DNA of 64,000 bases, from positions 11,522 through 75,521 of IMG/VR virus record IMGVR_UViG_3300050019_000176; one strand, 5' to 3'. Origin of the DNA: a virus. The translations under genes were made by a program, and so were the position numbers. This document shows, one piece after another, positions 53,001-62,508 of the stretch; position 1 is the first letter of the stretch, and every line of letters starts with the position of its first letter. The notes beneath the pieces are model-generated. The model was not told the origin of the DNA and did no database searches. It saw nothing but the letters and a program-made list of their open reading frames with translations.

Positions 53001-53541
53001 ACGGTACGCCCCGTTCGTGGGCGTCACGCCAGCACCGGCGGACATCAAAAAGACCGATGCGGAACTCCACCTCGACAGGAATCAGAACTATCGGCAGGGC
53101 GAACGCACGCAGCAGTCGGCCACGCGGTTTGATCGGATCGCGGAGATGGAGCGGGCGCTACGTAAGGGCGACACGGCATCGGCGGAACTGATCTCCCAGA
53201 AAGCCATCGCTTCCGGTGAAGCACCGGAAGGCGCTCTCGCCCAGGCCGAGAAGCGTGCCGCCGAAGTCCCACTGCTACGGAAATTCAAGATGGCCAGTCT
53301 TGGTACGGCACTCGGGGCCTACGCGCGGGCGCTACCAGACAGCAACATCCCGACCGATCAACTCGCGCAGATCAAAGAACTCATGCAGGACAAAGTCGAT
53401 AACAAACTGGATGAGATTCTTGCCCTGCCAAAAGATAATACTGATCGTATCAAGACCATGGCGCAGATTCGGCGCTTGGGGCTTGATACGCATGGGCTTG
53501 AGGTGGAGACAGCTCCGCCTCCGGCGAACTTACCGAGGTAA
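50086..53541 (+). CDS. Large internal virion / ejection protein
   Basis: 1151 aa, helical, Cys-free; C-terminal region typical of large podovirus ejection proteins. Confidence 0.75.
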   Translation: MADVDYSVLAQQARDATPPPPDYAAMAQQARDATPPPPDYAAMAQQARTSAPIDYNALAQQARSITTTPRTNPEGILEGVGKDLSIGFRTGVADIAHTAANVLDKTPFTDFADRTRAFAAEEEPKPEETVDRGGFGNALVQGVGGLVPSAVKYAPAMVAKKWAPLVAGAIEAAGKADEGLVPAIKAGVKGAAQFALVGKAADLPTRAQRAIGMSAAMATPALIESKGNTAQTASAAVLGAAMGGLSKAPKGETSPVMDEAISAGKQLADNFKSVFDPQSREFKGSTAPPNAAAQTATVARAHLGEMWQKGVQVEDSLRKLSDFFDEQAPDPRFPEGPSTPAIDFMMAIRKGNVDQLPEMMQPFAKVVRDTYDNRAEVMQQKGILKSYVDNYFGLLWKRGGDNPDFQAIAKKPLEGQKGFAKQHVFDDVMEGLEYAQQNPDSGLQLAFNNPVDLVMSKVREMDKAIMAHDTLSEMRDMGLSQFVRQGTRAPDGWTQIDDKTSTVMFKDPRTDMWTLAGHWFSPEPAAKVINNYLSPGLGKNAAFRGYKLAANTMNQFQLGWSAFHLGFTTYDAMLSQFALSAEEAATGLARKDPALMAKAAGHALTAPFAAFEPIVAAAAHQISPELGKMFRSNQLMQEWRNPGSFPQLAPIVEYAKQAGARFELDPFYKNDLWRNMKQTYYEGNALGAALKLPTAITEQLAKPIMEYVVPRQKAAVFAKLTEFEVGKLGPNATQMQVRSAVQSAWNSVDNRMGQLVYDNLFWNRTAKDLAMTSIRSVGWNLGTWRELGGGMKDWANAVLNVTTGGRVGKMPEAYHRMAYAATLPVVTGLIGGITTYLASGQAPQSLTDLYFPKTGGTDEYGRPERISLPSYMKDVYHYGSGFGEGLRSGVRQMGKTVAGKMHPMIQLMADMYENSDWQGNKLWNEDDPMMKQLYGAVQHTGSQLMPFGLRRAIEDTVNTEVRGVPPRYGALERYAPFVGVTPAPADIKKTDAELHLDRNQNYRQGERTQQSATRFDRIAEMERALRKGDTASAELISQKAIASGEAPEGALAQAEKRAAEVPLLRKFKMASLGTALGAYARALPDSNIPTDQLAQIKELMQDKVDNKLDEILALPKDNTDRIKTMAQIRRLGLDTHGLEVETAPPPANLPR
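50098..50275 (+). repeat. 51-nt coding tandem repeat (DYAAMAQQARDATPPPP)
   Basis: Two near-perfect units plus degenerate flanks. Confidence 0.9.
50388..50403. repeat. Dispersed palindrome copy 10
   Basis: (CCAA)TGTCTTGGACAAGACA. Confidence 0.88.
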
Positions 53542-53547
53542 CCAACA

Positions 53548-56500
53548 ATGGCCGACTGGACTCCCACACCGCCAACACCAAGCGAATCGCAGGACCTGAA
53601 GAACCTGTCTTCGATGCCGGGGATCTCTACCCTGTCGCCGCAGAGTCGTCGCGATGCGTACCGTCGCGCCGTGCCATCGTTGGCGGGAGCCCCAGATCAG
53701 TTCCTCGATCAAGTCCACCAGAGCCTCGCTGGTCCCCCGCAGAGCGCCCCGCCTCCCGGCGCGTCAATGCCGCAGGCGTTCCATACTTCCACAGTAGTTC
53801 CGGGGATGACGGCTCCAGTTCCCATGACCGGCAGTCGAGCGCGGTCGATTGTAAATGTCCCCGGTGCACCGCTGGACATGCAGCAGGTCAGTCGGTCCTC
53901 GGTATTCACGGATGCGGCGAAGGCAGCGGTCACCGTTGCCGGACCGATGGGGATGGGAGCGAAACTTGCCAACCTGACGGGTCCATTGATCTCCAAAGAC
54001 TACCAGCAGGTTCCGGAAACAGCGACCGATACTTGGGACAAAGCCTGGGGCGGATTGATGGATAGGTTCGCCGGAAGCGATGTGGCACAGGCGGGAGTTA
54101 AGACGGCATCCAAAATCACCGGTTTGCCGATCGAGAATGCCGTTCGAACCGTTGCCGGCGCAGGCCGCTCCGTAATGAAGATGTCGGACTTCCTTCAGAG
54201 TCCAGTTGGTGGGTTGACGGTCGCCGGCGCCGCAGCGTTTCCCGCAGTCGGACTCGCCGCCATCGGCATGGGGGCCTGGAATACGATCAACGAAGGTATG
54301 GCTGCGCTGGACAACCCCACACCCGAAAAGGTGGGAGAGGTTATCACCGACGCGTTGCTTCTGTACGGAGCCAAGAAGGGAATCACAAAGACTAGGGTAG
54401 CGCCGACAGAACCCGGTGGACAGCCGGGGATGATCGGGAAAATATCCAAGAACGTGCTCGATGGACTCATTCGCCGAATCTCGCAGAGGTTCTCGGGGAC
54501 TGACCCGCGCTCCGTGCAGATGCGGGCGAGTCTCGATGCCATCGCGGCCGAGACGGAATCGCGTGGGGTCCAGCCCGGAACCGCCTCGAAGGGCACGGGC
54601 ACGGTGACGCCGCCAACAGGTGGTGGACCAACCCCTAGCACTCCTACAACGGAGAATCCACTGGCTCCGCGCGGCGATATCCGAACTGCCACCGGCGAAC
54701 AGATCAGTGCTGCGTGGGATGCTGCCAGAGCCAAATCCCCGAACGCCCCATCTGGTGCTAAGACCTTAGCGCAGGCTACTCCAGCCGACATCGATGCCGC
54801 ATGGAATGATGGCGGAAATCCCACTCCTCGGCCATCGGCCCCGCCGCGTCCAGCGGGTAACGTTGAAACGCAGAACATTGTAGGACCCGATGGGCGCGTC
54901 CAACAGGTACAGGTACAGACTTTGGCCGAAGGGCCACCCCCAGGTAAGGGGAACACGCTGGAAACGATAACGGAATCCCCAAATACCAGCCTACTTGATC
55001 AGATCGCCGAAGGGGGTGGTGCGCTACGATCTTCGCCGCCTCCGGGTGCGGTTTCGGCAGGCACCAAGGCTCCATCCGCCGTGACGAAACTGTCCAGTCC
55101 GGCTCTCATCAGCCTCCTGCAGGTTGAGCAGGACCGGAACAAGCGCAACGTCCTTCTCGACGAAGCCACCCGCCGAGGGCTCCACCCGCCGGACTACCGC
55201 GGGCTCACCGATGACGCGCTGCGCGCCCAGTGGGGAGTGGAAAGCAATCCACAAAAACTTCAGAACCTGAACATCGAAGCGCAGGCGCGCGGTTTGGATC
55301 TCGGGGCTCCGCCGCAACGCCCGATGGAGCAGGGAGAAGCCGCGACCGACCAAGCGGCGAACGCCGGGGCATTCGGCTATCAGGCCAACCGCGCCTTCGA
55401 GCAATCCCGGCAGAAGGCTCCGGGAGCATCCGTACCGGCCACTGGCGAAGACGATCTCGACCAGCGCGCCCGCGCTATAGCCGACGGCTACAAGGTGGAC
55501 TACGACACCCTGGACGATGGCGACAAGCAGGCGCTGCGTGATCTGGCGAGTCAGGGCCTGGGGAGCGTAACCCCTCCCGCGCCAGCGGCCCCGCGACAAG
55601 TCGGTGTCCAATTGTCCAATGTCTTGCCCAAGACATCGCCGCCGCCGAAGACTCCGCCGCCGACTGCCGCGCCACCTGTCAAGGAACCCTTGACAACTCC
55701 CCCCGTGTCACCCGCCGCCGCGCAAGAGCAGCCATCGGTGCCCGAGTCTCCCACTCCCCAGGTTCCGGCAGAAGTGGCCGGTCAGACTCCCCTGCCAAGC
55801 GTAGGTGGAAATCAGGGGGCGCCGCCGGCCGCCGCGCCCCTCGCAGAACCCGCCTCCGGGGTGATCACGGACAATGGCAACCCGCCACCAAAGATCGAAG
55901 GTGCTCCGTGGTCCAATCCAGAACACGATTCCCGCTACATTGAGGAGTCGGCCAGGAACGCTATGTACGTTCAGCCGGGCGTCCCCGGCGTTGCGCCGCC
56001 GCCGAGCGGCGACCAACTGAAGTTCCCCACCTCCTTCATCGAAGCCGACCCCGATCGCTTCCAGTACAAGATCGGTGCCGTTGGTAAGGGCGGGACTACA
56101 GACGAGATGCGGGATATCCAGAACTGGGATCCGACCAAGGCTGGAACGATCCTGGTCTGGAAAAACCCCGAGGACGGCAAGGTCTACGTGACCAACGGAC
56201 ACCACCGTCTGGAACGCGCTAAGGCCCTCGGTGTGCCGTGGATGGACGTTCGGTTCACCAACGATCAGGCTCCGGACGCTGCCTCGGCGCGGGCGGTCGG
56301 CGCGATGGCGAACATCGCCGAAGGGCGTGGCACCTCGGTGGATGCCGCCAAGGTATTCCGCGACGGCAAACTGACACCAGAAGCGCTCGCCAAAGAAAAC
56401 GTTCCCATCCGCGGCAAGATCGCGCAGCAGGGAATGGCACTCGCCCAACTGGCACCGGCCATCTTCTCGCAAGTGGTCAATGGCGATCTCACCCCAGAGC

Positions 56501-59500
56501 GCGGCGCGCTTATCGGCGAAATGCTTCCCGACCATGAGCAGCAGTTGGCCGCACTGAAAGTCCTTGACATGGGAGAGCGCAAAGGCAAACTACTCAGCGA
56601 CAAGGAATTGCGCGACATGATCGCGCGAGTGCAGCGCGGTCCACAGAAACTGGAAACGAGTGCCGACCGAGCGCAGGGGGAGATGTGGGACTTCGGCGAT
56701 GTGATGCGCAGCTACGCATTCGAGGCCGCCCAACTTTCCAGTTACGTGCGCGAGCGTATCGGCAAGGAAAAGCGCCTGTTTGGAACCGTAGGCGCTAACG
56801 CCGGAGCGCTGGGTAAGGCGGGCAACAAGATCGACGTTGCCAAGAGTGAGCAGATCGCCGAAGATGCCAAGGTGGCTAAGGCGATGTACGACAAGCTGTA
56901 TGATAAAGATGCACAGATCGAAGCGGCCATTAACGAAGGAGCCCGGCAGGTCGCTGAGAAGGAGGCAAGCTACAATGACGTCGCCGACAATCTCTACAAC
57001 TGGGTCCGGGACCGGCTCGAAGGCATCCTCAACCCCAACCGCAAAGGCACCGAATCTGGCAAAGTCGCTCAGGTGGCTTTTGGAAAACAACCTGGTGCGG
57101 AACAACCAGTTCGACCTACAGGACAAGCCGAACCAGAAAGCAAAGTAGAACCAGCCCCCGCGCCGAAGCCAACGCCACCGAAGAAAGCTAAACCGGCACC
57201 AGCGCCGGCGAAAAAGGCCGAACCGCCGACGAAATCCACTCCACCGCCAGCCGAACCGGCGAAAAAACTGTCCGACATGTCGATGGAGGAGGCGTTCGAC
57301 GCCTACCAGCAGGCTAAAAAAAAAGTAGGTAGTGGACCGCCCCAACAGCGGGCCGCGCAATCCGACCAACCAGCCATCCAGTTCAGCGAAGCGCCACCCA
57401 ACGCGATGTCTGCTGAGTACCGAGAGTTTCTGGACTGGTATGAGACAATGATATCAGCGGAGTTCGCTAACGGAGATATCTCCCCGGACTCCTCCAAAGC
57501 GGAGAAATTCTACAAAATCTTCCCCACCATCGGTGAAAAGTATGCACCAAAGAAAGCCAATGCACCGAAAGGCAGTAACCAGCCCGCCGCCGCAGGAACC
57601 GTGGACGTCGGTTCAAAACCCAACGCAGGAGCAAATGCGGTCGGCGGACCAGAACCCGGAGAGCCTGGACTGGAATCGCCTGGCAGCGATGGAGTGCCTC
57701 TCCTCAATAAAACAATCGTCTCCGTCGGCAACCCTCCGGACGTCGACACCTCCTCCGTCCCCAAGCCACGAACCGCAACCCTAGCACCGCACCAAGCGAA
57801 AGCTATTGCTGCATCTATACGGGCAATGGATAAGATAGGCGGTTTCCTAAATTCCTCTGGCGCTGGTTCAGGCAAGAGTACGAATGCTGCCGCAGTAGCC
57901 CGCCATTATCTCGATGCGGGAAAATCCGTATTCTTGGTGGCCCCCGCCGAAGTGATGAAGTTCAAAAACCAAACCACCGGGATGCCGTCGTCCTCCTATA
58001 AGTTCTGGTTTGACGAATATGGTCTAGCCCCGGATCGCTACATCGCGCAGCAGACCTTCGAGCCGGGTAAGATGTACGTTTCCACATACGACAAGTTTTC
58101 CGAAGCCCCAGTTAACGCAGGTACCGTCCTGATATTCGACGAATCCCACGCACTTCGCAATCTAGGGGACTCGCAGCGATCCGAGTATGGGGCGAACCTC
58201 ATTGATCGTGCTGGCCATGTTTTGTTCATGTCTGCCACCCCAGCCGACAAACCGTATCAGATCGGATACTTGAAAAAGATGGGGCTACTGGAAGACAAAT
58301 CAGAAGCACAGGCCATCGCCGATCTCGGCATGGAGTTGCAGCAGAAGGTCAACAAGAAGACCGGCAAGACGTTCCAGAAGTGGGAGGTCCGGGAGGGAGT
58401 CGACCCACGAACGATCAGGAAACGTTTTGTGGATTTGTTCACCCGCATGATCGAGAACGGCAACATGCGGAAGGACGAAATCCTGCTCGATGGTCTTGAC
58501 ATCCAGGCGATGAATATCCACCTCCCCGAGGAAGGACACGAAGTCCAACGGTTTTTGACGAAGGAGATGAACTCGCCGAACACGGCGGTGCGTCTGATGC
58601 ACCTTCGACGCCAGCAGGAGCCGTTCAAAATCGACGCCACGATTGATCTCGTCAAGCACGAGCTCCGGCAGGGGCGGAAGGTCGTGGTATTCGCGGCGCG
58701 GGTTAATGCCAGCGATGTGATCAACCGGCACCGAGACCCCTATTCCGGGGATGTAATCGAGGACGTGATCTACTCCTCCGAGGGGACGTTGAAGACGCTG
58801 AAGCGCCGTTTCCAAGAGGAAGGGATTACCCGCATCGCGGAATTGCACGGAGCGGCCGAAGAGAAGGGTGCCGCGGCGATGGATCGGTTCCAGGCCGGCG
58901 GTGCCGACGTTATCATCGCAACATCTAAGTCCGGTGGAACCGGGATTGACCTGGATGATACCAAGGGAGATGCACCACGGTCTGTAGTGGTCATGACCCC
59001 AGACTTCGATGCTTTGTCCAATGTCCAGTTGATGGGCCGCATCTACCGGATGTCCACCAAATCCAATGGGCGGGTGTTCTACCTATTCGCCGATACGCCG
59101 GTGGACCGCTGGAACGCCGGAATCTTCAGCGAGAAGATGAAGACCCTCGCGTCCGTTGTGCAGGGCGAGTCCAAGAAGATGGACGTGGCGCAGTTCTTCG
59201 GCAATGCCGCCGATGACGAACTGCGGGAGTACCTGAAGGGCAGTGCGCCGAAGGAAGCGAAGGCACGCCCGCTCCGCGGCGCACGGTACGGCGACTACAT
59301 CGAGTTCTTCGGTGACGACGCGCACACCGTAGCGGATGCCACTGGCCTGCCAATCCATAAGGCAAGGAACGGAAAGGAGATCGCCGGGTTCCCGGTGAAA
59401 GACCTTTCGTTGTACCAGAAGCAACTAAACGATAAGGGCATATCCTTTAATTACATCGACCGATCGGCAGACAACATGTGGCACCGAAGGCCGGCGGTCA

Positions 59501-61152
59501 ACACCGACCGGGGCTACAAGTTCCCCGAGCAACCCCTCCTCCAGCGGAGCGCGCCGACCCCATCCGCCGACCAGGGCGACCTGTTCGACAAAGCCCTCCG
59601 GGAAGTCGATCTCTCGCCGGAGGCCCGACGTGCGGCGCGCGGTGCCGTCCGCTACCAGCCCCAGGTGCTGGAGCGGTGGACGGACCGGGCAGGCAAGGAG
59701 ATCGAGATCCGCAAGCTCGACGAGCACTCCTTCTGGAAGTACCTGACCAACCAGGACCCAGGCGTCGAGACGTACGCCGACTTCCAGGCCAAGTACCCTT
59801 CGGCGAAGTACTACTCGGTCTACCGAAACCCCAAGGGGTACGTGTTCAATCTCTCTGCCGTTTCACGGAGCATGAACAACCTGCGTCCAAGGGGCGGCGA
59901 GAAGGTGGAGAAGTTCACCTCGCCGATGCCCGACGCACATCTGGACATCGCGTCCCACTTCATTGAGCAGTCCCAGCCGCCGCACGGGTATGCCAAACAT
60001 ACCCCGGAGGAATGGCAGCGAAGGCGCGTGGCGAACGAGCCAGCATCGGGCATGCCGCCGATGTGGCAAAAGTCTGATGTCCAGATGTCCAATGTCTTGC
60101 CCAAGACATCACCACCGCCGGGCTCCGTGGAGACGCTCAACATGTTCCCCGACGGCGAGGCGGAGCGCCTGGAGCAGGAGCACACGCTCGACCGCGCCAT
60201 CCTGGAGGCACAGCGTCTGTCTGCGGAGTTTGGTTCGCCGCTTACCCGCACCAATCTACGTAAGGCACTAAAGAAGGCCAAACTTCCAGAGCAGGGCGAC
60301 ATCTTCGCTGGCCCGCTGGAGGAAGACGAAGGCAATGGCTTGCTGTTCTCCAAGCCGTTCTCCGACGTTCCTTACGACCGGACGAAGGGTCCGGACGCCA
60401 TGATCGAGAGCGCCCGCATGCGGTACTATCCACCGAGGTCTGGCCGCCCGGGTAGGGTGTACATCAACCAAGCCGGGGTCCAGATCCTTCGCGGCGTGTT
60501 CAGCCGGATCGGGTGGGATTCCGGCGGTATGGACGGAATCCAACTTGAACCGCGGAGCGTTGCGCAGATCAACGGAGTTCTTCGCCACACCAAGTCCCGT
60601 GCCACCATGTCCGAAGGCGCGGTGCAGGTGTTGGATCAATTAGCCGACATGCTGGACACTGCCGTAAGAGACAATGGAGAATTCGCTGTGATCCGCGCCG
60701 GCGACGGGCGCACCATCGCTGAAATCAAGGCCACCGTCAGCCACGAAATGTCGCACGTAGTCCAACAGTGGTTCAGGACAGAAGACCCAGAGGGAGTGTA
60801 TTTTACGCTGGCCGCCTCACGCTCACTGCCGAACTACCAAAAGGCAGAGCGGCAACTGATTGACCAGTGGAGATACCCGGACAAGAAGATCGAACTCTTC
60901 CAGGAGATTCTGTCCCATACTCTCGCAGGCCAGCACGGTAGGCTGGATCTCACCGAAGAGGAATCCACGGCGCTGTTGTTCGCTATCCGCCGTAACGCGC
61001 TAGAATATATAGAGGGGAACGCTGATGAACTATTCAAGTACGGTCGCCCAGGAATCCGAAAAGCCATATCCGGGGGATTTGTTCCCCGGACAAGCCTCCC
61101 TCCAGGAGCTTCTCGCTACGCTGGACAGGGCAGTGTTGGCGAACGACCGTGA
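53548..61152 (+). CDS. Giant polyvalent (DarB-like) protein: ParB-like domain, SF2 helicase (Strawberry-notch-like), MutS domain I-like, HExxH peptidase-like
   Basis: DPDRFQYK..VTNGHHRL; SGAGSGKST, FDESH, MSATP, GGTGIDL, QLMGRIYR; YGDYIEFFGDDA..AGFP; SHEMSH. Confidence 0.85.
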   Translation: MADWTPTPPTPSESQDLKNLSSMPGISTLSPQSRRDAYRRAVPSLAGAPDQFLDQVHQSLAGPPQSAPPPGASMPQAFHTSTVVPGMTAPVPMTGSRARSIVNVPGAPLDMQQVSRSSVFTDAAKAAVTVAGPMGMGAKLANLTGPLISKDYQQVPETATDTWDKAWGGLMDRFAGSDVAQAGVKTASKITGLPIENAVRTVAGAGRSVMKMSDFLQSPVGGLTVAGAAAFPAVGLAAIGMGAWNTINEGMAALDNPTPEKVGEVITDALLLYGAKKGITKTRVAPTEPGGQPGMIGKISKNVLDGLIRRISQRFSGTDPRSVQMRASLDAIAAETESRGVQPGTASKGTGTVTPPTGGGPTPSTPTTENPLAPRGDIRTATGEQISAAWDAARAKSPNAPSGAKTLAQATPADIDAAWNDGGNPTPRPSAPPRPAGNVETQNIVGPDGRVQQVQVQTLAEGPPPGKGNTLETITESPNTSLLDQIAEGGGALRSSPPPGAVSAGTKAPSAVTKLSSPALISLLQVEQDRNKRNVLLDEATRRGLHPPDYRGLTDDALRAQWGVESNPQKLQNLNIEAQARGLDLGAPPQRPMEQGEAATDQAANAGAFGYQANRAFEQSRQKAPGASVPATGEDDLDQRARAIADGYKVDYDTLDDGDKQALRDLASQGLGSVTPPAPAAPRQVGVQLSNVLPKTSPPPKTPPPTAAPPVKEPLTTPPVSPAAAQEQPSVPESPTPQVPAEVAGQTPLPSVGGNQGAPPAAAPLAEPASGVITDNGNPPPKIEGAPWSNPEHDSRYIEESARNAMYVQPGVPGVAPPPSGDQLKFPTSFIEADPDRFQYKIGAVGKGGTTDEMRDIQNWDPTKAGTILVWKNPEDGKVYVTNGHHRLERAKALGVPWMDVRFTNDQAPDAASARAVGAMANIAEGRGTSVDAAKVFRDGKLTPEALAKENVPIRGKIAQQGMALAQLAPAIFSQVVNGDLTPERGALIGEMLPDHEQQLAALKVLDMGERKGKLLSDKELRDMIARVQRGPQKLETSADRAQGEMWDFGDVMRSYAFEAAQLSSYVRERIGKEKRLFGTVGANAGALGKAGNKIDVAKSEQIAEDAKVAKAMYDKLYDKDAQIEAAINEGARQVAEKEASYNDVADNLYNWVRDRLEGILNPNRKGTESGKVAQVAFGKQPGAEQPVRPTGQAEPESKVEPAPAPKPTPPKKAKPAPAPAKKAEPPTKSTPPPAEPAKKLSDMSMEEAFDAYQQAKKKVGSGPPQQRAAQSDQPAIQFSEAPPNAMSAEYREFLDWYETMISAEFANGDISPDSSKAEKFYKIFPTIGEKYAPKKANAPKGSNQPAAAGTVDVGSKPNAGANAVGGPEPGEPGLESPGSDGVPLLNKTIVSVGNPPDVDTSSVPKPRTATLAPHQAKAIAASIRAMDKIGGFLNSSGAGSGKSTNAAAVARHYLDAGKSVFLVAPAEVMKFKNQTTGMPSSSYKFWFDEYGLAPDRYIAQQTFEPGKMYVSTYDKFSEAPVNAGTVLIFDESHALRNLGDSQRSEYGANLIDRAGHVLFMSATPADKPYQIGYLKKMGLLEDKSEAQAIADLGMELQQKVNKKTGKTFQKWEVREGVDPRTIRKRFVDLFTRMIENGNMRKDEILLDGLDIQAMNIHLPEEGHEVQRFLTKEMNSPNTAVRLMHLRRQQEPFKIDATIDLVKHELRQGRKVVVFAARVNASDVINRHRDPYSGDVIEDVIYSSEGTLKTLKRRFQEEGITRIAELHGAAEEKGAAAMDRFQAGGADVIIATSKSGGTGIDLDDTKGDAPRSVVVMTPDFDALSNVQLMGRIYRMSTKSNGRVFYLFADTPVDRWNAGIFSEKMKTLASVVQGESKKMDVAQFFGNAADDELREYLKGSAPKEAKARPLRGARYGDYIEFFGDDAHTVADATGLPIHKARNGKEIAGFPVKDLSLYQKQLNDKGISFNYIDRSADNMWHRRPAVNTDRGYKFPEQPLLQRSAPTPSADQGDLFDKALREVDLSPEARRAARGAVRYQPQVLERWTDRAGKEIEIRKLDEHSFWKYLTNQDPGVETYADFQAKYPSAKYYSVYRNPKGYVFNLSAVSRSMNNLRPRGGEKVEKFTSPMPDAHLDIASHFIEQSQPPHGYAKHTPEEWQRRRVANEPASGMPPMWQKSDVQMSNVLPKTSPPPGSVETLNMFPDGEAERLEQEHTLDRAILEAQRLSAEFGSPLTRTNLRKALKKAKLPEQGDIFAGPLEEDEGNGLLFSKPFSDVPYDRTKGPDAMIESARMRYYPPRSGRPGRVYINQAGVQILRGVFSRIGWDSGGMDGIQLEPRSVAQINGVLRHTKSRATMSEGAVQVLDQLADMLDTAVRDNGEFAVIRAGDGRTIAEIKATVSHEMSHVVQQWFRTEDPEGVYFTLAASRSLPNYQKAERQLIDQWRYPDKKIELFQEILSHTLAGQHGRLDLTEEESTALLFAIRRNALEYIEGNADELFKYGRPGIRKAISGGFVPRTSLPPGASRYAGQGSVGERP
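55605..55635. repeat. Dispersed palindrome copy 11
   Basis: TGTCCAAT-TGTCCAA-TGTCTTGCCCAAGACA. Confidence 0.9.
60078..60108. repeat. Dispersed palindrome copy 12
   Basis: TGTCCAGA-TGTCCAA-TGTCTTGCCCAAGACA. Confidence 0.9.
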
Positions 61153-61237
61153 GGTCTTCGGTGCCACGCTGAAGGAGATCCAGACGGTGTACGGCCCGTG
61201 CGTCCAGCCGGACATCACGGGACACGAGTAGGATTGG

Positions 61238-61420
61238 CTATTTCTTCTTCCCGCCGCGCTTGGCCGTTCCGCCAACCACTGCGTTTGCCTGCCGAATAGC
61301 AGACGAATCCGACTGCCCACGGGCAAGTGCGCTGTCGGCAACGTCCGCCCACTGCCGCTGCTTCTTCGGCGTGTCGGCTTTGTGGGTCTTCTTCTGTGCG
61401 TCTTTTGCTGTCCAAGGCAT
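61238..61420 (-). CDS. Small basic phage protein (ChaB-like)
   Basis: MPWT..RQWADVA.SAL..AIRQANAVV; RBS AAGGAG. Confidence 0.7.
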   Translation of the reverse strand: MPWTAKDAQKKTHKADTPKKQRQWADVADSALARGQSDSSAIRQANAVVGGTAKRGGKKK

Positions 61421-61467
61421 AGTGTGTTCACTCCTTACGGACAATATGTTGTCCATATACCGTTAGT

Positions 61468-62118
61468 TCAAGACTTTGCGGATAATATGTAGGCCAGATA
61501 GCGTTCGGGTCCGATCTCCAGCGAGAAGTCGATATTGGTTGCCGCCACGATCTCGAAGCCGGCCCGACGGAACAACTCCTCCCACATAATGGGCGAGAAT
61601 AGCGACCAGTGGGATGGATTGGTTTCATGGTGGGAGCAGGTTCCTTCAATCGGAACTTCGGCGTAAACCCAACCACCGGGACGCAGAATAGACTTGATCT
61701 CGCGCAGCACAAAAAACGGGATTGGGCTATGCTCCAGGGCGTGGCGGATCCACACGAAGTCCATCGAGGAAGTGCAGACACCCATCGCGTGCATGTCTCG
61801 AAGGTAGACATGCCACCCCTTTCCACCGTTGAGTTCGTCTGCCGCGGTGTAGTCGGCCTCGTTGCAGGTGATGCCACAGGCGTCGTATCCCTCATCACGG
61901 AACATTCTCAGCGCCGTCCCGGGACCGCACCCGATGTCCAGGATTTCCGCTCCCTTCGGCAGGGTGATATGCTTTTTGACCCACCCCCACATTGTGACCG
62001 TCAACCGATCATGGAGTTCGCAGGACTCCTCGGGGACGGTGACGTTCTGCAGGTCGGCGAAGAGATCATCGAGGTGTCGGATCGCCTTCGGTGTGAGCAC
62101 TTTCAGATTACTGTCCAT
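61468..62118 (-). CDS. Class I SAM-dependent methyltransferase
   Basis: ILDIGCGPG, DMH, HALEH..P, ILRPGG. Confidence 0.9.
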   Translation of the reverse strand: MDSNLKVLTPKAIRHLDDLFADLQNVTVPEESCELHDRLTVTMWGWVKKHITLPKGAEILDIGCGPGTALRMFRDEGYDACGITCNEADYTAADELNGGKGWHVYLRDMHAMGVCTSSMDFVWIRHALEHSPIPFFVLREIKSILRPGGWVYAEVPIEGTCSHHETNPSHWSLFSPIMWEELFRRAGFEIVAATNIDFSLEIGPERYLAYILSAKS

Positions 62119-62272
62119 CTGGATTCCTTCGCGCCATGTGGGCGAGTTCGCAAGTCATGGCTCCAGCTATCCACTGTACCGCCCCGCGGGCCTCTGGGAC
62201 ACCCATCCAGGCGCCGGCCATGCAGACGAACAAAAGCACGAAAAAGCTGACGATGATGATCCACGGTTTCAT
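62108..62272 (-). CDS. Small 2-TM protein
   Basis: MKPWIIIVSFFVLLFVCMAGAW; ATGA coupling. Confidence 0.55.
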   Translation of the reverse strand: MKPWIIIVSFFVLLFVCMAGAWMGVPEARGAVQWIAGAMTCELAHMARRNPDGQ

Positions 62273-62508
62273 AACGGGCACTTGATGCTCGGCTTGACGG
62301 GCTGCGGTCGGCCGGTGAAGGTCCACAGTTGAATCCAGACATCACCGAAGAGAAGGACGCGCAGGCGCTCCCAAAATGTGAGACGCCATCGGCTAGTTAC
62401 GATAGCGTCGTCATCGTCGCTTCGGTGCGCCGGAAGGGGAATGTACTGCGGTTGATCCTTGGCGAAGATAATGGTTGGGATGTTCCTGCCGGGATGGATT
62501 GGTTTCAT
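62269..62508 (-). CDS. Phage hypothetical protein
   Basis: AKDQPQYIPLPAH..SRWRLTFWERLRVL..TF..QP. Confidence 0.7.
   Translation of the reverse strand: MKPIHPGRNIPTIIFAKDQPQYIPLPAHRSDDDDAIVTSRWRLTFWERLRVLLFGDVWIQLWTFTGRPQPVKPSIKCPL

Noticed and set aside
23872-60353. Long antisense ORFs (23872-24714, 25786-26682, 27563-28933, 51805-52716, 55708-56535 and others)
   Set aside because: Shadow frames of GC-rich genes that have clear motifs on the opposite strand.
48139-61152. Tape-measure protein
   Set aside because: No tail tube, sheath or chaperone genes; order and composition fit podovirus ejection proteins.
61025-61231. Small plus-strand ORF overlapping the end of the giant gene
   Set aside because: Plausible, but it overlaps by about 128 nt and has no motif or clear RBS, so I cannot support it.
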